From: Pirellulales bacterium
GTDB lineage: Bacteria; Planctomycetota; Planctomycetia; Pirellulales; PALSA-1355
Length of the DNA: 64,000 bases
Direction: 5' to 3'
Assembly (NCBI GenBank): GCA_963733035.1
Contig: CAVTBU010000008.1
Location: 96,001 to 160,000, forward strand
The position numbers were made by a program, and so were the translations under genes. Under the pieces are notes generated by a model. The model made no database searches. It saw only the letters and a program-made list of their open reading frames with translations, and was not told the DNA's origin. This document shows, piece after piece, positions 10,060 through 20,455 of this stretch; the first letter of the stretch is position 1; each line of letters starts with the position of its first letter.

Positions 10060-10209
10060 ATGAAGAAGTTTGCTCCGCTGTTCCTGTTGCTGGGCCTGGG
10101 TCTGTTCACCGTCGGTTGCGAGAAGAAGCCCGCAGCCACCCCCGAAGCCACTCCCGAAGCAACTCCGGAAGCTACGCCCGAAGCCGCTCCCGAAACCCCC
10201 GCTGAATAA
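10060..10209 (+). CDS. 49-aa lipoprotein with ATPE repeats (below the ORF-track cutoff)
   Basis: MKKFAPLFLLLGLGLFTVGC-EKKPAATPEATPEATPEATPEAAPETPAE*. GGAAGG RBS upstream and a terminator downstream. The repeat units vary at synonymous positions. Confidence 0.85.
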   Translation: MKKFAPLFLLLGLGLFTVGCEKKPAATPEATPEATPEATPEAAPETPAE

Positions 10210-10251
10210 GCAGGCGTTTTCTGGCGAGACACTCGCTGAAACATACGATCG

Positions 10252-10290
10252 GGGAGAGACGCTCAGTTCGGTGCGTCTCTCCCTTGTTTT
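10252..10290 (+). terminator. Intrinsic terminator between the small lipoprotein gene and uvrB
   Basis: GGGAGAGACGC...GCGTCTCTCCC followed by TTGTTTT. Confidence 0.8.
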
Positions 10291-10343
10291 ATGCGCAGAT
10301 CACGTGCGCGGTACCGTCTCATCGAGTGCCGAAAAGCTGCCCT

Positions 10344-12401
10344 CTATCGCTTCGGCCTCGGCAATCGGCCTCCCTTGCCACGCCGGCGTCGGCCGTTGCC
10401 CCCGCCCCGCACGTCGACTTCGTCTACTTTCTTTCCGAGCGAGCCGCGCATCTTCTCAATCCGGTCGCGAATTCCAGCAGCCCGCTCGAACTCTAGAGCG
10501 TCGGCTGCCGACATCATTTCGCCTTCGAGCTCGGCCAAGTATTCCTCGGTGATGTATTGTGCCTCGTCCGAACGCCCCACGGCGGCATTGGCGGCCGCAT
10601 GTGCCTTGGCCTCGCCCTCGATCCCCGCCCGGATGCTCTTGCGAATCGTCTCGGGCGTAATACCGTGCTCTCGGTTGTATTCCTGCTGCACCGATCGCCG
10701 GCGTTCGGTCTCATCGATGGCCCGTTGCATCGAGTCGGTTACCCGATCGGCATAGAGCAGAACTTTGGCGTTGACATTGCGTGCCGCGCGCCCGATCGTC
10801 TGCATCAGGGAGGTTTCGCTGCGTAAGAACCCCTCCTTGTCGGCATCGAGGATCGCCACCAGCGAAACCTCGGGCAGGTCGAGCCCCTCTCGAAGCAGGT
10901 TCACACCCACCAGCGCCTCGAACTGCCCCTGGCGGAGATCGCGCAGGAGTTCCACGCGTTCAAACGCATCGAGTTCGCTATGCAGCCATTTGCACTTCAC
11001 GCCTTGTTCGACCAGATAAGCGGACAGGTCCTCGGCCAGTCGTTTGGTAAGCGTGGTGACTAGCACGCGTTCGCTTACGGCCGCTCGCTCGCGAATCTGG
11101 CTGAGTAAATGTGGCACCTGCGTGCGGGCCGGGGCCACTTCGATCACCGGGTCCAACAAACCCGTCGGGCGGATGATCTGCTCGACGAATTCGCCTCCCG
11201 TCTGGTCGAGCTCGTACGGTCCTGGAGTCGCTGAAACGTAGACCACCTGGTTGATCTTTTTTTCCCACTCCTCGAACTTGAGAGGGCGATTGTCCAGGGC
11301 GCTGGGGAGTCTGAAGCCATGCTCCACGAGTGTCGTTTTGCGGCTCTGGTCGCCCGCGAACATCGCCCGGACCTGCGGCACCGTGGCGTGTGATTCGTCA
11401 ACGAACAATAGATAGTCGTCCGGAAAGAAATTGAACAGCGTGTGCGGTGTCGAACCGGGTGGCCGCCCCGACAGCGGGCGGCTGTAGTTCTCGATCCCAG
11501 GACAGAAGCCGACTTCGAGCATCATTTCGATGTCGAACCGGGTACGGGCGTTGAGCCGCTGCGCTTCGAGCAATTTGCCCGCATTCCTCAGCACTTCAAG
11601 CCGTTCTTCGAGTTCCTGCTTGATCGCATCGATCGCTGCGGCGATCCGTTCTTCAGGCATGACAAAGTGCTTGGCGGGATAGACGAATATTTCCGCTTCC
11701 TGGCGAACCACCTCGCCGCTGATGGGATTGATGATCGACAGTTGCTCGACCTCGTCTCCCCAAAACTCGATGCGATACGCGAATTCCTCGTAAGACGGCC
11801 ACACTTCAACGCAATCTCCTCGCACGCGAAACTTCGCCCGGGCGAACTCCACGTCGTTTCGCTCGTACTGTACGTCGACCAATTTCATCAACACGGCGTC
11901 GCGATCAACGGTCATGCCGCGTCGCAGGCCAACCATCATTGCCTTGTAGTCCTCGGGCGATCCCAAGCCGTAGATGCACGAGACACTCGCCACGATGATC
12001 ACGTCGCGACGACTGACCAACGCGCTGGTGGAGGCCAGTCGCAAGCGGTCAATCTCCTGATTGATCGAGGCGTCCTTTTCGATGTAGATATCGCGCTGCG
12101 GGATATACGCTTCCGGCTGGTAGTAGTCGTAGTAGCTGACAAAGTAGTGCACCGCGTTGTGCGGAAAGAATTCCTTGAACTCCGAATAGAGCTGTGCCGC
12201 CAGCGTCTTGTTGTGCGACAGCACCAGCGTTGGACGCTGCACCTGCTGGATCACGTTCGCCATGGTAAATGTCTTGCCCGAGCCGGTGACCCCCATCAGC
12301 ACCTGGCTCTTGCGGTCACTGCGCAGGCCATCCACCAATACGTTGATCGCCTCCGGCTGATCACCGGCCGGACTGAACTGACTGACTAGTTCGAATGGCA
12401 C
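10344..12401 (-). CDS. uvrB: Excinuclease ABC subunit B
   Basis: [29 protein letters not shown] and QTIGRAARN motifs plus a C-terminal UVR domain ([11 protein letters not shown]). GTG start inferred. Confidence 0.97.
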   Translation of the reverse strand: MPFELVSQFSPAGDQPEAINVLVDGLRSDRKSQVLMGVTGSGKTFTMANVIQQVQRPTLVLSHNKTLAAQLYSEFKEFFPHNAVHYFVSYYDYYQPEAYIPQRDIYIEKDASINQEIDRLRLASTSALVSRRDVIIVASVSCIYGLGSPEDYKAMMVGLRRGMTVDRDAVLMKLVDVQYERNDVEFARAKFRVRGDCVEVWPSYEEFAYRIEFWGDEVEQLSIINPISGEVVRQEAEIFVYPAKHFVMPEERIAAAIDAIKQELEERLEVLRNAGKLLEAQRLNARTRFDIEMMLEVGFCPGIENYSRPLSGRPPGSTPHTLFNFFPDDYLLFVDESHATVPQVRAMFAGDQSRKTTLVEHGFRLPSALDNRPLKFEEWEKKINQVVYVSATPGPYELDQTGGEFVEQIIRPTGLLDPVIEVAPARTQVPHLLSQIRERAAVSERVLVTTLTKRLAEDLSAYLVEQGVKCKWLHSELDAFERVELLRDLRQGQFEALVGVNLLREGLDLPEVSLVAILDADKEGFLRSETSLMQTIGRAARNVNAKVLLYADRVTDSMQRAIDETERRRSVQQEYNREHGITPETIRKSIRAGIEGEAKAHAAANAAVGRSDEAQYITEEYLAELEGEMMSAADALEFERAAGIRDRIEKMRGSLGKKVDEVDVRGGGNGRRRRGKGGRLPRPKR

Positions 12402-12511
12402 GCGAAGTTCCGTGGCAACCGGGCAGGGCAGGGAGGAGTCTTCCGAGGGCCAGTGAGCGAGGTATTCGCCACACCGCAACTAAGAAGAATACGCGAGGCG
12501 ACCGATATTGG

Positions 12512-12931
12512 CTACCGCCCGGCCACGTTGCCGCTGGGCGGCAGTGGACGCAGGTAGGGGCGGATTTGCTCCAAGGTCTTGGGACCGATGCCGCGCACAC
12601 GCCGCAGTTCGTCAAGATCGGCAAATGGACCGTCCTCCTGGCGCGAGTCGACGATGCGCTTGGCGAGCGTCTCGCCGATGTTCGGCAGGGCGGATAGTTC
12701 CGGCCAATCGGCCAGGTTAATATCCACTTCGAACGCCACCGGCCGCGTCGCGGCGCGATCGACCTCGATCGCCCGGCCGCTTAATCCACCGTGCGCGACC
12801 CAATAGACTCCCAGACTGACGAGCGCCGACATCACCAGCGCAGCCACGGCCGCCTGGTCGAGGCGCTTAAGCCATGGCGATCGCCGCTTGGGCTGCAAGG
12901 GAGGCCGGCGCTGGGGATAGGAGGGGCTCAT
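12512..12931 (-). CDS. comEA: ComEA-family helix-hairpin-helix DNA-binding protein
   Basis: TM helix, then VDINLA...LPNIGETLAKRIV...GPF...VRGIGPKT. Confidence 0.85.
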   Translation of the reverse strand: MSPSYPQRRPPLQPKRRSPWLKRLDQAAVAALVMSALVSLGVYWVAHGGLSGRAIEVDRAATRPVAFEVDINLADWPELSALPNIGETLAKRIVDSRQEDGPFADLDELRRVRGIGPKTLEQIRPYLRPLPPSGNVAGR

Positions 12932-13018
12932 GGCAGTCGGTATTATGACTGAAAGTTGCGAATTACACAAAGTTGAGGCCAACGCTCGGGCCATACGAGC
13001 CGGGGCGGTAGAGGCATC

Positions 13019-13945
13019 GTGTCGAAGGAATTCAACCAAATCACTTGGGACGCAGCGGTCGAAGAAGACTGCCGACAAATCGTGCGGCTGGCGATTCGAG
13101 AGGACCTCGACCGGCTGTTCGACTGGACGACGCTGGCACTCGTCCCCAGCGGCACCCAAGCCGAAGCTGCAATTGTCACGCGCCAATCCGGCGTGGCCTG
13201 TGGCTTGCAAGCCGCCGAATTGGCCATCTCGGAAATGGATGTCACGATGCAACTCGTGCCCAACGTCAACGATGGCGATCGGATCCAGGCACAGCAGGCA
13301 TTGGCGACTCTTACAGGCCCCGCACGCAGCCTGCTCACGGCCGAACGAATCCTATTGAATCTGATCGGGCGACTATCGGGCATCGCCACGCTCGCGCGTC
13401 AATATGTCGACGCCGTGCAAGACACGAAGGCCCGCATCTACGACACCCGCAAGACCACGCCTGGCTGGCGGCGACTGGAAAAATACGCCGTGCATTGCGG
13501 CGGCGCCAGGAACCATCGCACTGGATTGTTCGACGCGATTCTGATCAAGGATAACCACCTTGCCCTGGCAGCCCAGACGCAAGGCACCGGACACCTTACA
13601 ATCGCCGAGGCAGTGCGGCGCGCCTGTGAGTTCGTCGACACAATGGCAGCGAGCCAACGCGGAGTTCCCCTGCTGATCGAAGTCGAGGTCGACACCTTCG
13701 AGCAACTCAGCGAAGTGCTCGCCGAGAAGCCCGACATCGTGCTATTGGACAACATGTCGGTCGAACTCTTGCGGCGATGTGTGACGCTTCGTGACGGGGT
13801 GGCTCCCGGCGTCGAATTGGAAGCGTCGGGCGGCGTGAATCTGTCAACCATCGCGGCGATCGCCGCCAGCGGCGTGGACCGCATCAGCGTGGGGGCGCTT
13901 ACGCATTCGGCCAAAACGCTCGACCTGGGGCTCGATTGGCGCTAG
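13019..13945 (+). CDS. nadC: Nicotinate-nucleotide pyrophosphorylase (carboxylating)
   Basis: DTRKTTPG, NHRTGLFDAILIKDNH, EVEVD, LLDN, EASGG and ISVGALTHS motifs. Confidence 0.97.
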   Translation: MSKEFNQITWDAAVEEDCRQIVRLAIREDLDRLFDWTTLALVPSGTQAEAAIVTRQSGVACGLQAAELAISEMDVTMQLVPNVNDGDRIQAQQALATLTGPARSLLTAERILLNLIGRLSGIATLARQYVDAVQDTKARIYDTRKTTPGWRRLEKYAVHCGGARNHRTGLFDAILIKDNHLALAAQTQGTGHLTIAEAVRRACEFVDTMAASQRGVPLLIEVEVDTFEQLSEVLAEKPDIVLLDNMSVELLRRCVTLRDGVAPGVELEASGGVNLSTIAAIAASGVDRISVGALTHSAKTLDLGLDWR

Positions 13946-14296
13946 CGATTTTCCGTGTTCCGCCGACCCTGCCGCGACGCCACGCAAGGAATTCGAGTGG
14001 GCCGGTACTTCGTTTGACCCCTCGATGCTTTCGACCTAGGGTTGCGATGCACTTGCGCCTTTGGGGAGGGGCGCCAGTCACGGGGCACGGCGGGGATTGC
14101 ATGGAGCTCGAGGGGACCCTGCCGTGCCTTTTTCGTTAAACGGCCCAAACCGCCGTCATAACCCGCCCATCTCGCCTCTTCGGACCTACGCGAAACCTCG
14201 AAGTTCGTGGACAGGGGGGGCCGGGCAACCTACGTTTGCACGGGTTGCTTGGCTGCGTCCCGATCTCGTTTTGACTCCCCCAGTTGTGGCTGCGAC

Positions 14297-15823
14297 ATGC
14301 TGTTTTTTTCCAAGTGGTCCATGGCCGCCCTCGGCGTGGCGCTCACGGTAGCGCTGGCCCTTGGCGTCGACTGGCTGGCCGCCGAAGTCCTCGGCATCGG
14401 GGGACCACAGGTTCGCTGGTGGTTACTAACAACGACGCTAGTTCTGGTCGCTGCGTCACTTGCATTTCTAGTCGGACGTGAACGTGCGCTCCGCCGCGAA
14501 GCCACGCACGATGTTGAATTGCTCGGTCGCGCCGGTTCGCACCAAACGCCGTTGCCAGCACTAGCCGCTAAATTGCGTCGTCCGCAGGACTGGGAACGCG
14601 CTTTCGGCCGCCTGCAGGAACGCATGTCCGCCATGTCGCGGCGACTGGAAGAGATCGATCGCGAGCGGGCGGCGCACGAATATCGCGCAAAGTGTTTTGA
14701 GTCGAAATCGCGGCAAGTGCACTCGATTTTGTCCGCCTTGGCGGAGCCCGTGCTGGTAATCGACAAGCGTGACAAGCTGGTGCTTACCAACTCCAGCGCC
14801 GACCGTTTGTTGTCGCTCAAGGCCGACGCCTGCGAGGAGCAGGCCCTGGCCAACCTCGTGCGATGCGAACAACTTGTGGAACTCCTCACCGATACTCGAA
14901 AACGCCGGGCGTTTACGCAGCGAAGTTGCGAAATCGAAATGTTCGACGAACAAGGCGAGCCGCGCTGGTACCGTGTCACGGCCCGCAATATTCCCACGCA
15001 ACCGGGCGATTCGGATCCCGACGGAACGTCTCAAGGGGCTGTGGCACTGATGCACGACATCAGCGCCCAGCGCACCCTGCAAAAGCGCAATGCCGAGTTC
15101 GTCACGATTGTGAGCCACGAAATGAAGACGCCGCTGGCAAGCATCAAGGCCTATGTCGAGTTGCTCGCGGACGGCGAAGTGGAGGACCCGGTATCTCGTC
15201 AAGAGTTTCTCCGCGTGGTGTCGACGGAGTCCGACCGCCTGCAATACCTGGTTGACGACCTGGTCGAGCTGGCCCGCATCGAAGCCGACCTGGCCGGGGA
15301 GCAAAAACGAGCGCAGCCTCTACTGCCGATCCTGGAAGATGCCTTCGCGGCGGTACGTCCCTTGGCCGCCGAAAACGGTGTTCACCTGGAGACCGCCTGT
15401 TGCGGCGAGGAGATCAACGTCTCGGTCGATCGCCCGCTCTTGTATCAGGCCGCTTTGCACTTGCTGTCAAATGCCGTTAAGTACACACCCGCGGGAGGTC
15501 GTGTCTGTCTTCGTGCCGAATCCGACGGCCGGATCGCCAATTTCGAAGTTGCCGATACCGGAGTGGGCATCGCGGCGGAAGACTGCCAAAAGATCTTCGA
15601 AAAATTCTATCGCGCCCACAAAGACCAGGTCGTGGCCGACGGCACGGGCCTCGGCCTGCCGCTCGTCAAGCACATTATCGAAGGTGTCCATGGCGGACAT
15701 GTCGAAGTGCGTAGCACACCGGGCGAAGGCAGCGTGTTTCGCGTCCGGCTTGCCTGTGCCGCCGGCGACGCCTTAACCGGCAGCGCAGTCCCTACTCGAA
15801 TACAAGGAGATGATGATGGTTAA
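14297..15823 (+). CDS. Membrane PAS-domain sensor histidine kinase
   Basis: 2 TM segments, a PAS region, H-box VSHEMKTPL, N-box LLSNAVKY, DTGVGI and GTGLGL. Confidence 0.92.
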   Translation: MLFFSKWSMAALGVALTVALALGVDWLAAEVLGIGGPQVRWWLLTTTLVLVAASLAFLVGRERALRREATHDVELLGRAGSHQTPLPALAAKLRRPQDWERAFGRLQERMSAMSRRLEEIDRERAAHEYRAKCFESKSRQVHSILSALAEPVLVIDKRDKLVLTNSSADRLLSLKADACEEQALANLVRCEQLVELLTDTRKRRAFTQRSCEIEMFDEQGEPRWYRVTARNIPTQPGDSDPDGTSQGAVALMHDISAQRTLQKRNAEFVTIVSHEMKTPLASIKAYVELLADGEVEDPVSRQEFLRVVSTESDRLQYLVDDLVELARIEADLAGEQKRAQPLLPILEDAFAAVRPLAAENGVHLETACCGEEINVSVDRPLLYQAALHLLSNAVKYTPAGGRVCLRAESDGRIANFEVADTGVGIAAEDCQKIFEKFYRAHKDQVVADGTGLGLPLVKHIIEGVHGGHVEVRSTPGEGSVFRVRLACAAGDALTGSAVPTRIQGDDDG

Positions 15824-16202
15824 AAAAGTTCTGTTGTGTGACGACGAGATCCATATCCTGCGGGCCGCCGAATTCAAAATGGTTCGTGCGGGCTACCAGG
15901 TCCGCATCGCCCGCGATGGCCAGGAAGCTTGGGAAATGATCCAGCAAGAGCGGCCCGATGTGTTGGTAACCGACGTGCAAATGCCCCGCATGGACGGTTT
16001 CCAACTCAGCCAACGGATACGCAGCAATCCAGTGACGAAGGATTTGCCGATCCTGATGCTCACGGCCAAAGGCTTCGAGCTCGAGCAGCAGGACCTGATG
16101 GCAAAATGGGGGATCGTCGATATCGTCGCCAAGCCATTCAGTCCACGCGAACTCGTGCGTCAAATTGACCAGATCGTCGAAGCCCCCGCAGCGGCACACT
16201 GA
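15813..16202 (+). CDS. Single-domain response regulator
   Basis: LLCDDE, DVQMPRMDG, MLTA and KPFS motifs, with no output domain. Overlaps the kinase stop. One of three adjacent ATGs (15810, 15813, 15816) is the start. Confidence 0.92.
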   Translation: MMVKKVLLCDDEIHILRAAEFKMVRAGYQVRIARDGQEAWEMIQQERPDVLVTDVQMPRMDGFQLSQRIRSNPVTKDLPILMLTAKGFELEQQDLMAKWGIVDIVAKPFSPRELVRQIDQIVEAPAAAH

Positions 16203-16406
16203 GAACGCTCGACCTTCAACGTCAAGGCGAAGGGGGGGACCAGACGGTCGTCACGGTGCGCCTTTCCGCCAATCCATGCGCTCCACAAGGCATCGGCGGC
16301 TTTCGCTGTGCCCAAATGCGCAACAAAACGATCTTCGAGGGGGGCTCCCCGTGTACGGCGCCGGCATGGCTCCCGAAACAATTTTACGAGTTTTCCTTGC
16401 GCCTGC

Positions 16407-16434
16407 TTGACGCCACACTTTGGGTAATTACCCT
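16407..16434 (+). promoter_or_regulatory. Candidate promoter TTGACG-16-TACCCT overlapped by the palindrome GGGTAATTACCC
   Basis: Perfect 12-bp palindrome at 16422-16433 within a 700-bp intergenic region. Confidence 0.4.
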
Positions 16435-16906
16435 AGAGCGTGTAACTCGCAGAAGCGTTAGCTTCGGCAATCTTACCGCAATCAGAACTTCCACACAGGC
16501 GCTCATGAAGCTCGCGACAGCACCGTCGAAGGATTTCGCACGGCACGCTTGTCAGAGAATTCAGCCGCACGCCTGAGTGTCTGGCAATCGGTAGGCCTTA
16601 ACTCCTGTTGGCCGCCGGCTCCTCGTGTGCAAGCCATGACGGGTTTATTCCGTCGTCGATTCTCTGCCGAGCCGCGCGATTTCGCCCGCACCACCGAGCC
16701 GGTGAATGTGCCCGCACCGTGCGCTCTTCCGGCGCGGTAAAGCCCAACGCGCAACGCGGCTGCTGTCTGTTTCCGTCCTCCCTGGTTTCGCTGCGAAACG
16801 CGGCCAGCGGCGGCACGCGCGCTCAGCGAGGTTCTACGGGAAGGTCCAACTTCATGCCAAACCAGAAAGCAAAACCTTGCAGACGAAATTTCGGGAATCG
16901 GCGGCT

Positions 16907-17713
16907 ATGAAACGCGCGTCACTACGTTGCATCGGCTCGACACTATTGTTTGTCGCGGCGCTCGGTGGGTTGGCTACCCACGCGCAGGCCGACGCAATTT
17001 CCTACTCGCTGACGCTCTGCGAAGATCTCGACGTGCTGAAAGATCCGACAAATAAGACGCTGGCAATGAATGCCGGCTGGAAACCGCAACACACGCTGAT
17101 GATGGAGCGAACCTCGCCATACGTAGAACTGAAAAACACGTCGGATTCCGCCTTGATTACTCAGTTGAGCATGTCAATCGGTGATTTATCGAAGAACTTC
17201 GACTGGGCCAAAATGGTCGAAGTCTCGCCGGGAGTTTCCATAACTGTCTTGACTGTTGACTCGGTCATGGGGGGCACGAAATCAGATACGCTAACCATCA
17301 GTTTCAGCGGATTTGCGCCCGGAGACTTCGTGCGGTTTCGCATGGGTTTGAGCGACGACAATCCCAACGCGAGCCTGCTGCAGGACTACCGCGCGATCCT
17401 ATTTCACCTTGACGGTAATAACCCAAGTTCGAATTCCACGGTCTCGGTGGATTTCCAAAGCAACAGCGGCACGTCGACCCTCACCGACCAATTGCCCAAC
17501 TTCTCCATGGGCGGTATGTCCACGTCGACCAGCATGGCGTTTCCGCACCAATACGGGATGGACACGGTGATGCCCTTCCAACTCACCGGCAGCGGTTCGA
17601 CGACCGACGAGACCTCGACGGCGACGGTGCCCGAGCCCGCCAGCATCTTGCTACTTGGCTGTGGCCTGGCGGGATTTGTGGCGTGTCGATTTGGTCGCCG
17701 AATTCGTGCATAA
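16907..17713 (+). CDS. PEP-CTERM sorting-domain protein
   Basis: Signal peptide ending AQA-D and a C-terminal VPEPASILLLGCGLAG...RRIRA. Confidence 0.9.
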   Translation: MKRASLRCIGSTLLFVAALGGLATHAQADAISYSLTLCEDLDVLKDPTNKTLAMNAGWKPQHTLMMERTSPYVELKNTSDSALITQLSMSIGDLSKNFDWAKMVEVSPGVSITVLTVDSVMGGTKSDTLTISFSGFAPGDFVRFRMGLSDDNPNASLLQDYRAILFHLDGNNPSSNSTVSVDFQSNSGTSTLTDQLPNFSMGGMSTSTSMAFPHQYGMDTVMPFQLTGSGSTTDETSTATVPEPASILLLGCGLAGFVACRFGRRIRA

Positions 17714-18042
17714 CGATCGAGCGCACGCCCGCAGACTCAAGTCGAACCATTTTCGGTCGGCAGCGCCGACCGGCGCCTGAATCGACGTGACGGCTTTTGC
17801 AGTCTGGTCCCACCACTGCTTTGTCGGCACATCCCCCGGCTGCCGGCGAATGTAAAACCGTGACGATTTTTCTGGTTCTACCGGAAATTCCTGCAATGCC
17901 CGTCGTAGGGGTGCCGATATCTAGGCAAGACCCGGCAACCTTGCGCCCGATTTCGGTTGTGCCTGCACGGTTGCCGCGAGTCCCGCAGTGTATTCCACAG
18001 GGCAGTGGAAACTTCGCTCATTTTGAGCTTTAGGGGGGAGTC

Positions 18043-19314
18043 ATGAAGGTTGTTTTTCGCGCACAAATTGTTTTCGCGGCGGCATTTATATGCCTTGCGG
18101 CGAGTGTGGTTCAAGGGGCCGATCCGTTTGGCTTGCGCTACCCTGTCAAGCGCAGCTCACACCAGAGTCGCGCGGCAGCCGATTCTGAGCCGGCGATGCT
18201 GATTTCGCATGCCGATCCGCAGCCGAGTCCCGAGCCAATCGCCGATCCCATGCTGGAAGCCGACGGCCCGATGATGGAGGACGGCGTGTCGAGTTGGGAG
18301 GACGTCGGGACGTGCGACAGCTGCGGAGGCGGAGATTGCATGACCGGGGGCTCACGCGGCTGCCTGGGGAACCTCTGGTACGGCGGGGTCGACTACCTGC
18401 TGTTTCGGCCGCGGTACAGCCAGGCGGTGGCCGCCGTGCGTCGTCAGGAGACGACCGACACGTCGACCTTTCCGTCCACGAGTACCAACACCGATACGGT
18501 AATCGCCTATCCGTTCAACTACTCGAGCGGCTTTCGCGTTTCCGCCGGCTATCGGCTGTTGGATTGTGGGGGAGATTTTCAGGTAACCTATTGGCGAATG
18601 GCCAACAACGCCCAAGTAACAGAGGGGCCGGCGAACACCAGTACGAACAACCCGTTCATCGCCGGCAACCTCGAGAACAATCCCGCGACCGGTCAATTCC
18701 TGAATGCCAGAACCGGCGTGACCGCGAATATTTTCGACGCCAATTTTACGAAGTGCATTTCCCTGGGCGGTCCATGTAGTCCGTGCGACACGTGCTTCTG
18801 CCCGCGCTGGGACTTGCGGTATTTCGTCGGAGCGCGTGCGGCAGACATCAGCCGCTATAACAACAATGTGGTCGAGGACGCCAACGGCACGGGAGTGTCG
18901 TATGGCAACATCAATGCACGATTCGTTGGCGCCGGACCTCAAATCGGCTTTCAGACTCGCCGATATCTGGGACAAAATGGCTTCTGGTCCTTGTACGGTC
19001 GTGGCAGCCAGGCGCTGTTGATTGGCGACTACCGCATGAGTCGCCAGTTGTCGATACCCAGCGACGGCACGACGGCGAACCAAATCACCAACCAATTCGA
19101 CAGGTACTCACGGATGATTCCGGTCACGGACATCGAAGTGGGGCTGTCATGGCAGGCCGCGCCCTACACCTTTGTGTCCGTGGGCTATTTCTGGCAGTGT
19201 TGGTGGGACCTGGGACAGGCCGAGAACATTTCCGGCACCAACTTCGGTCCGCTCGACTCGGCAAACATTCTCGGCTTCGACGGTCTGTTCGTGCGTGGCG
19301 AGATGTTGTTCTAA
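18043..19314 (+). CDS. Planctomycete outer-membrane beta-barrel (Lpg1974/BBP7-like)
   Basis: Signal peptide, Cys-rich low-complexity N-terminus, beta-strand pattern and a C-terminal GFDGLFVRGEMLF ending in Phe. Confidence 0.75.
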   Translation: MKVVFRAQIVFAAAFICLAASVVQGADPFGLRYPVKRSSHQSRAAADSEPAMLISHADPQPSPEPIADPMLEADGPMMEDGVSSWEDVGTCDSCGGGDCMTGGSRGCLGNLWYGGVDYLLFRPRYSQAVAAVRRQETTDTSTFPSTSTNTDTVIAYPFNYSSGFRVSAGYRLLDCGGDFQVTYWRMANNAQVTEGPANTSTNNPFIAGNLENNPATGQFLNARTGVTANIFDANFTKCISLGGPCSPCDTCFCPRWDLRYFVGARAADISRYNNNVVEDANGTGVSYGNINARFVGAGPQIGFQTRRYLGQNGFWSLYGRGSQALLIGDYRMSRQLSIPSDGTTANQITNQFDRYSRMIPVTDIEVGLSWQAAPYTFVSVGYFWQCWWDLGQAENISGTNFGPLDSANILGFDGLFVRGEMLF

Positions 19315-19372
19315 GAAGGGGTACGCCAGGCGAACGCGACGCCAGCAACCCAAACATAAAATGACGACCCGC

Positions 19373-19409
19373 GAGAGGATCGGTTCCATGGGAGCCGGTC
19401 CTCTTTTTT
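19373..19409 (+). terminator. Intrinsic terminator
   Basis: AGAGGATCGGTTCC...GGAGCCGGTCCTCT followed by a T run. Confidence 0.8.
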
Positions 19410-19556
19410 GATGAACCGACCGACGACTGGCGCGGCGTCAAATGACCGGTGTGACAAAAGTCCGATGAGCTCGGCAACCATGCCGAGCGCAGCGTTGAAT
19501 CAGCCATTGCCGCCACGAACCATCGGAACGATAAGTAGGCGATTGAGAAACAGGCC

Positions 19557-19751
19557 CTACATACCCTCAAGCATGCTAGCGCGCCCACGGCGAGCGGCCC
19601 TCAAGCGTGCACGACGCCGGGTCTCACTCGGTTTCTCGTAGTATTCGCGCCGACGCATTTCCTTCTTGATGCCGCTCCGCTCGACTAGCTTGCGGAACCG
19701 CCGGACCGCTTCTTGAATCGACTCGCGGTCTCTGACGTTCAACTTGACCAC
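19557..19751 (-). CDS. rpsU: 30S ribosomal protein S21
   Basis: GGAGG RBS and GTG start; [12 protein letters not shown]...[13 protein letters not shown]. Confidence 0.95.
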   Translation of the reverse strand: MVKLNVRDRESIQEAVRRFRKLVERSGIKKEMRRREYYEKPSETRRRARLRAARRGRASMLEGM

Positions 19752-20076
19752 ACGTCCTCCTTTGAACAGGTTTTTCGCCAAAAAACAGTAAATCGTGAAA
19801 CGAACAGCCACTAAGAATTTACACGCCCAGACCGGGCCGTGTCCAGCCGCTCTCAGGCGGTTTTTTCGAACGGTCACCCCACTCGAGACTAGCTGGCACG
19901 TGGTTTTCTTCCCAATCTTCCCAACCGACAAATTCCCCACCGCGGCGCGTGCGCCTCGTCATGCCGTGGCAACCCGCGAACTACAGTTGGACCGGCACAT
20001 GGGGTGGCGCCGATGGATTACTCTGGCCACAAAGGCCACAGCCCAACTGCCCGCTTCCCACCCTCGGCGACCCCCC

Positions 20077-20292
20077 ATGCCTCTCGACCGCTCCCATGCA
20101 GCCGCCGCGCGGCTGGCAGAAATCGATGCGCTGCAAGATGACGTGCTGCGGCGGCTGGACGACCTCGAGCGTCGCACGGCCGCTATCTTGGCCCAATGCC
20201 TGGGTAACAGCGCACTTTCCTGCCGGGAACAGCCGGGGTCCCAGTCGGCGGATTCCCATTCGGCCGATGCCCAGTCGCGCGAGGCCGCGTGA
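20077..20292 (+). CDS. Small coiled-coil hypothetical protein
   Basis: LAEIDALQDDVLRRLDDLERR heptad pattern. Ends in EAA*, like several small genes in this window. No clear RBS. Confidence 0.5.
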   Translation: MPLDRSHAAAARLAEIDALQDDVLRRLDDLERRTAAILAQCLGNSALSCREQPGSQSADSHSADAQSREAA

Positions 20293-20455
20293 GGGCGGCA
20301 GCTCGTTGACTCGCCTCGAATCATCGACGAAACTTATCTCGTGCCCCGACTTTGTGCACGGGGTAGGCTTGGTCGAGTCTTTCGCTGCCCAGCAAGGCGC
20401 TCGCCAGCCTGACGTTTTCCCACCTGCTTTGTTCACCCGTCGAGATTCCCCCGCC

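Noticed and set aside
10135..10200. 12-nt tandem repeat as a possible CRISPR array or VNTR element
   Set aside because: No spacers, and the variation is synonymous, so it is a coding repeat.
9369..10244. 291-aa minus-strand ORF with SGVA repeats
   Set aside because: Antisense reading of the two + strand lipoprotein genes.
16505..16576. 23-codon ORF (MKLATAPSKD...) as a leader peptide
   Set aside because: Weak RBS, no diagnostic codon run and no attenuator structure.
17913..17920. GCCGATAT as a sigma28-like -10 (similar GCCGATAC at 37003-37010, minus strand)
   Set aside because: No matching -35, and GCCGAT is frequent in this GC-rich sequence.
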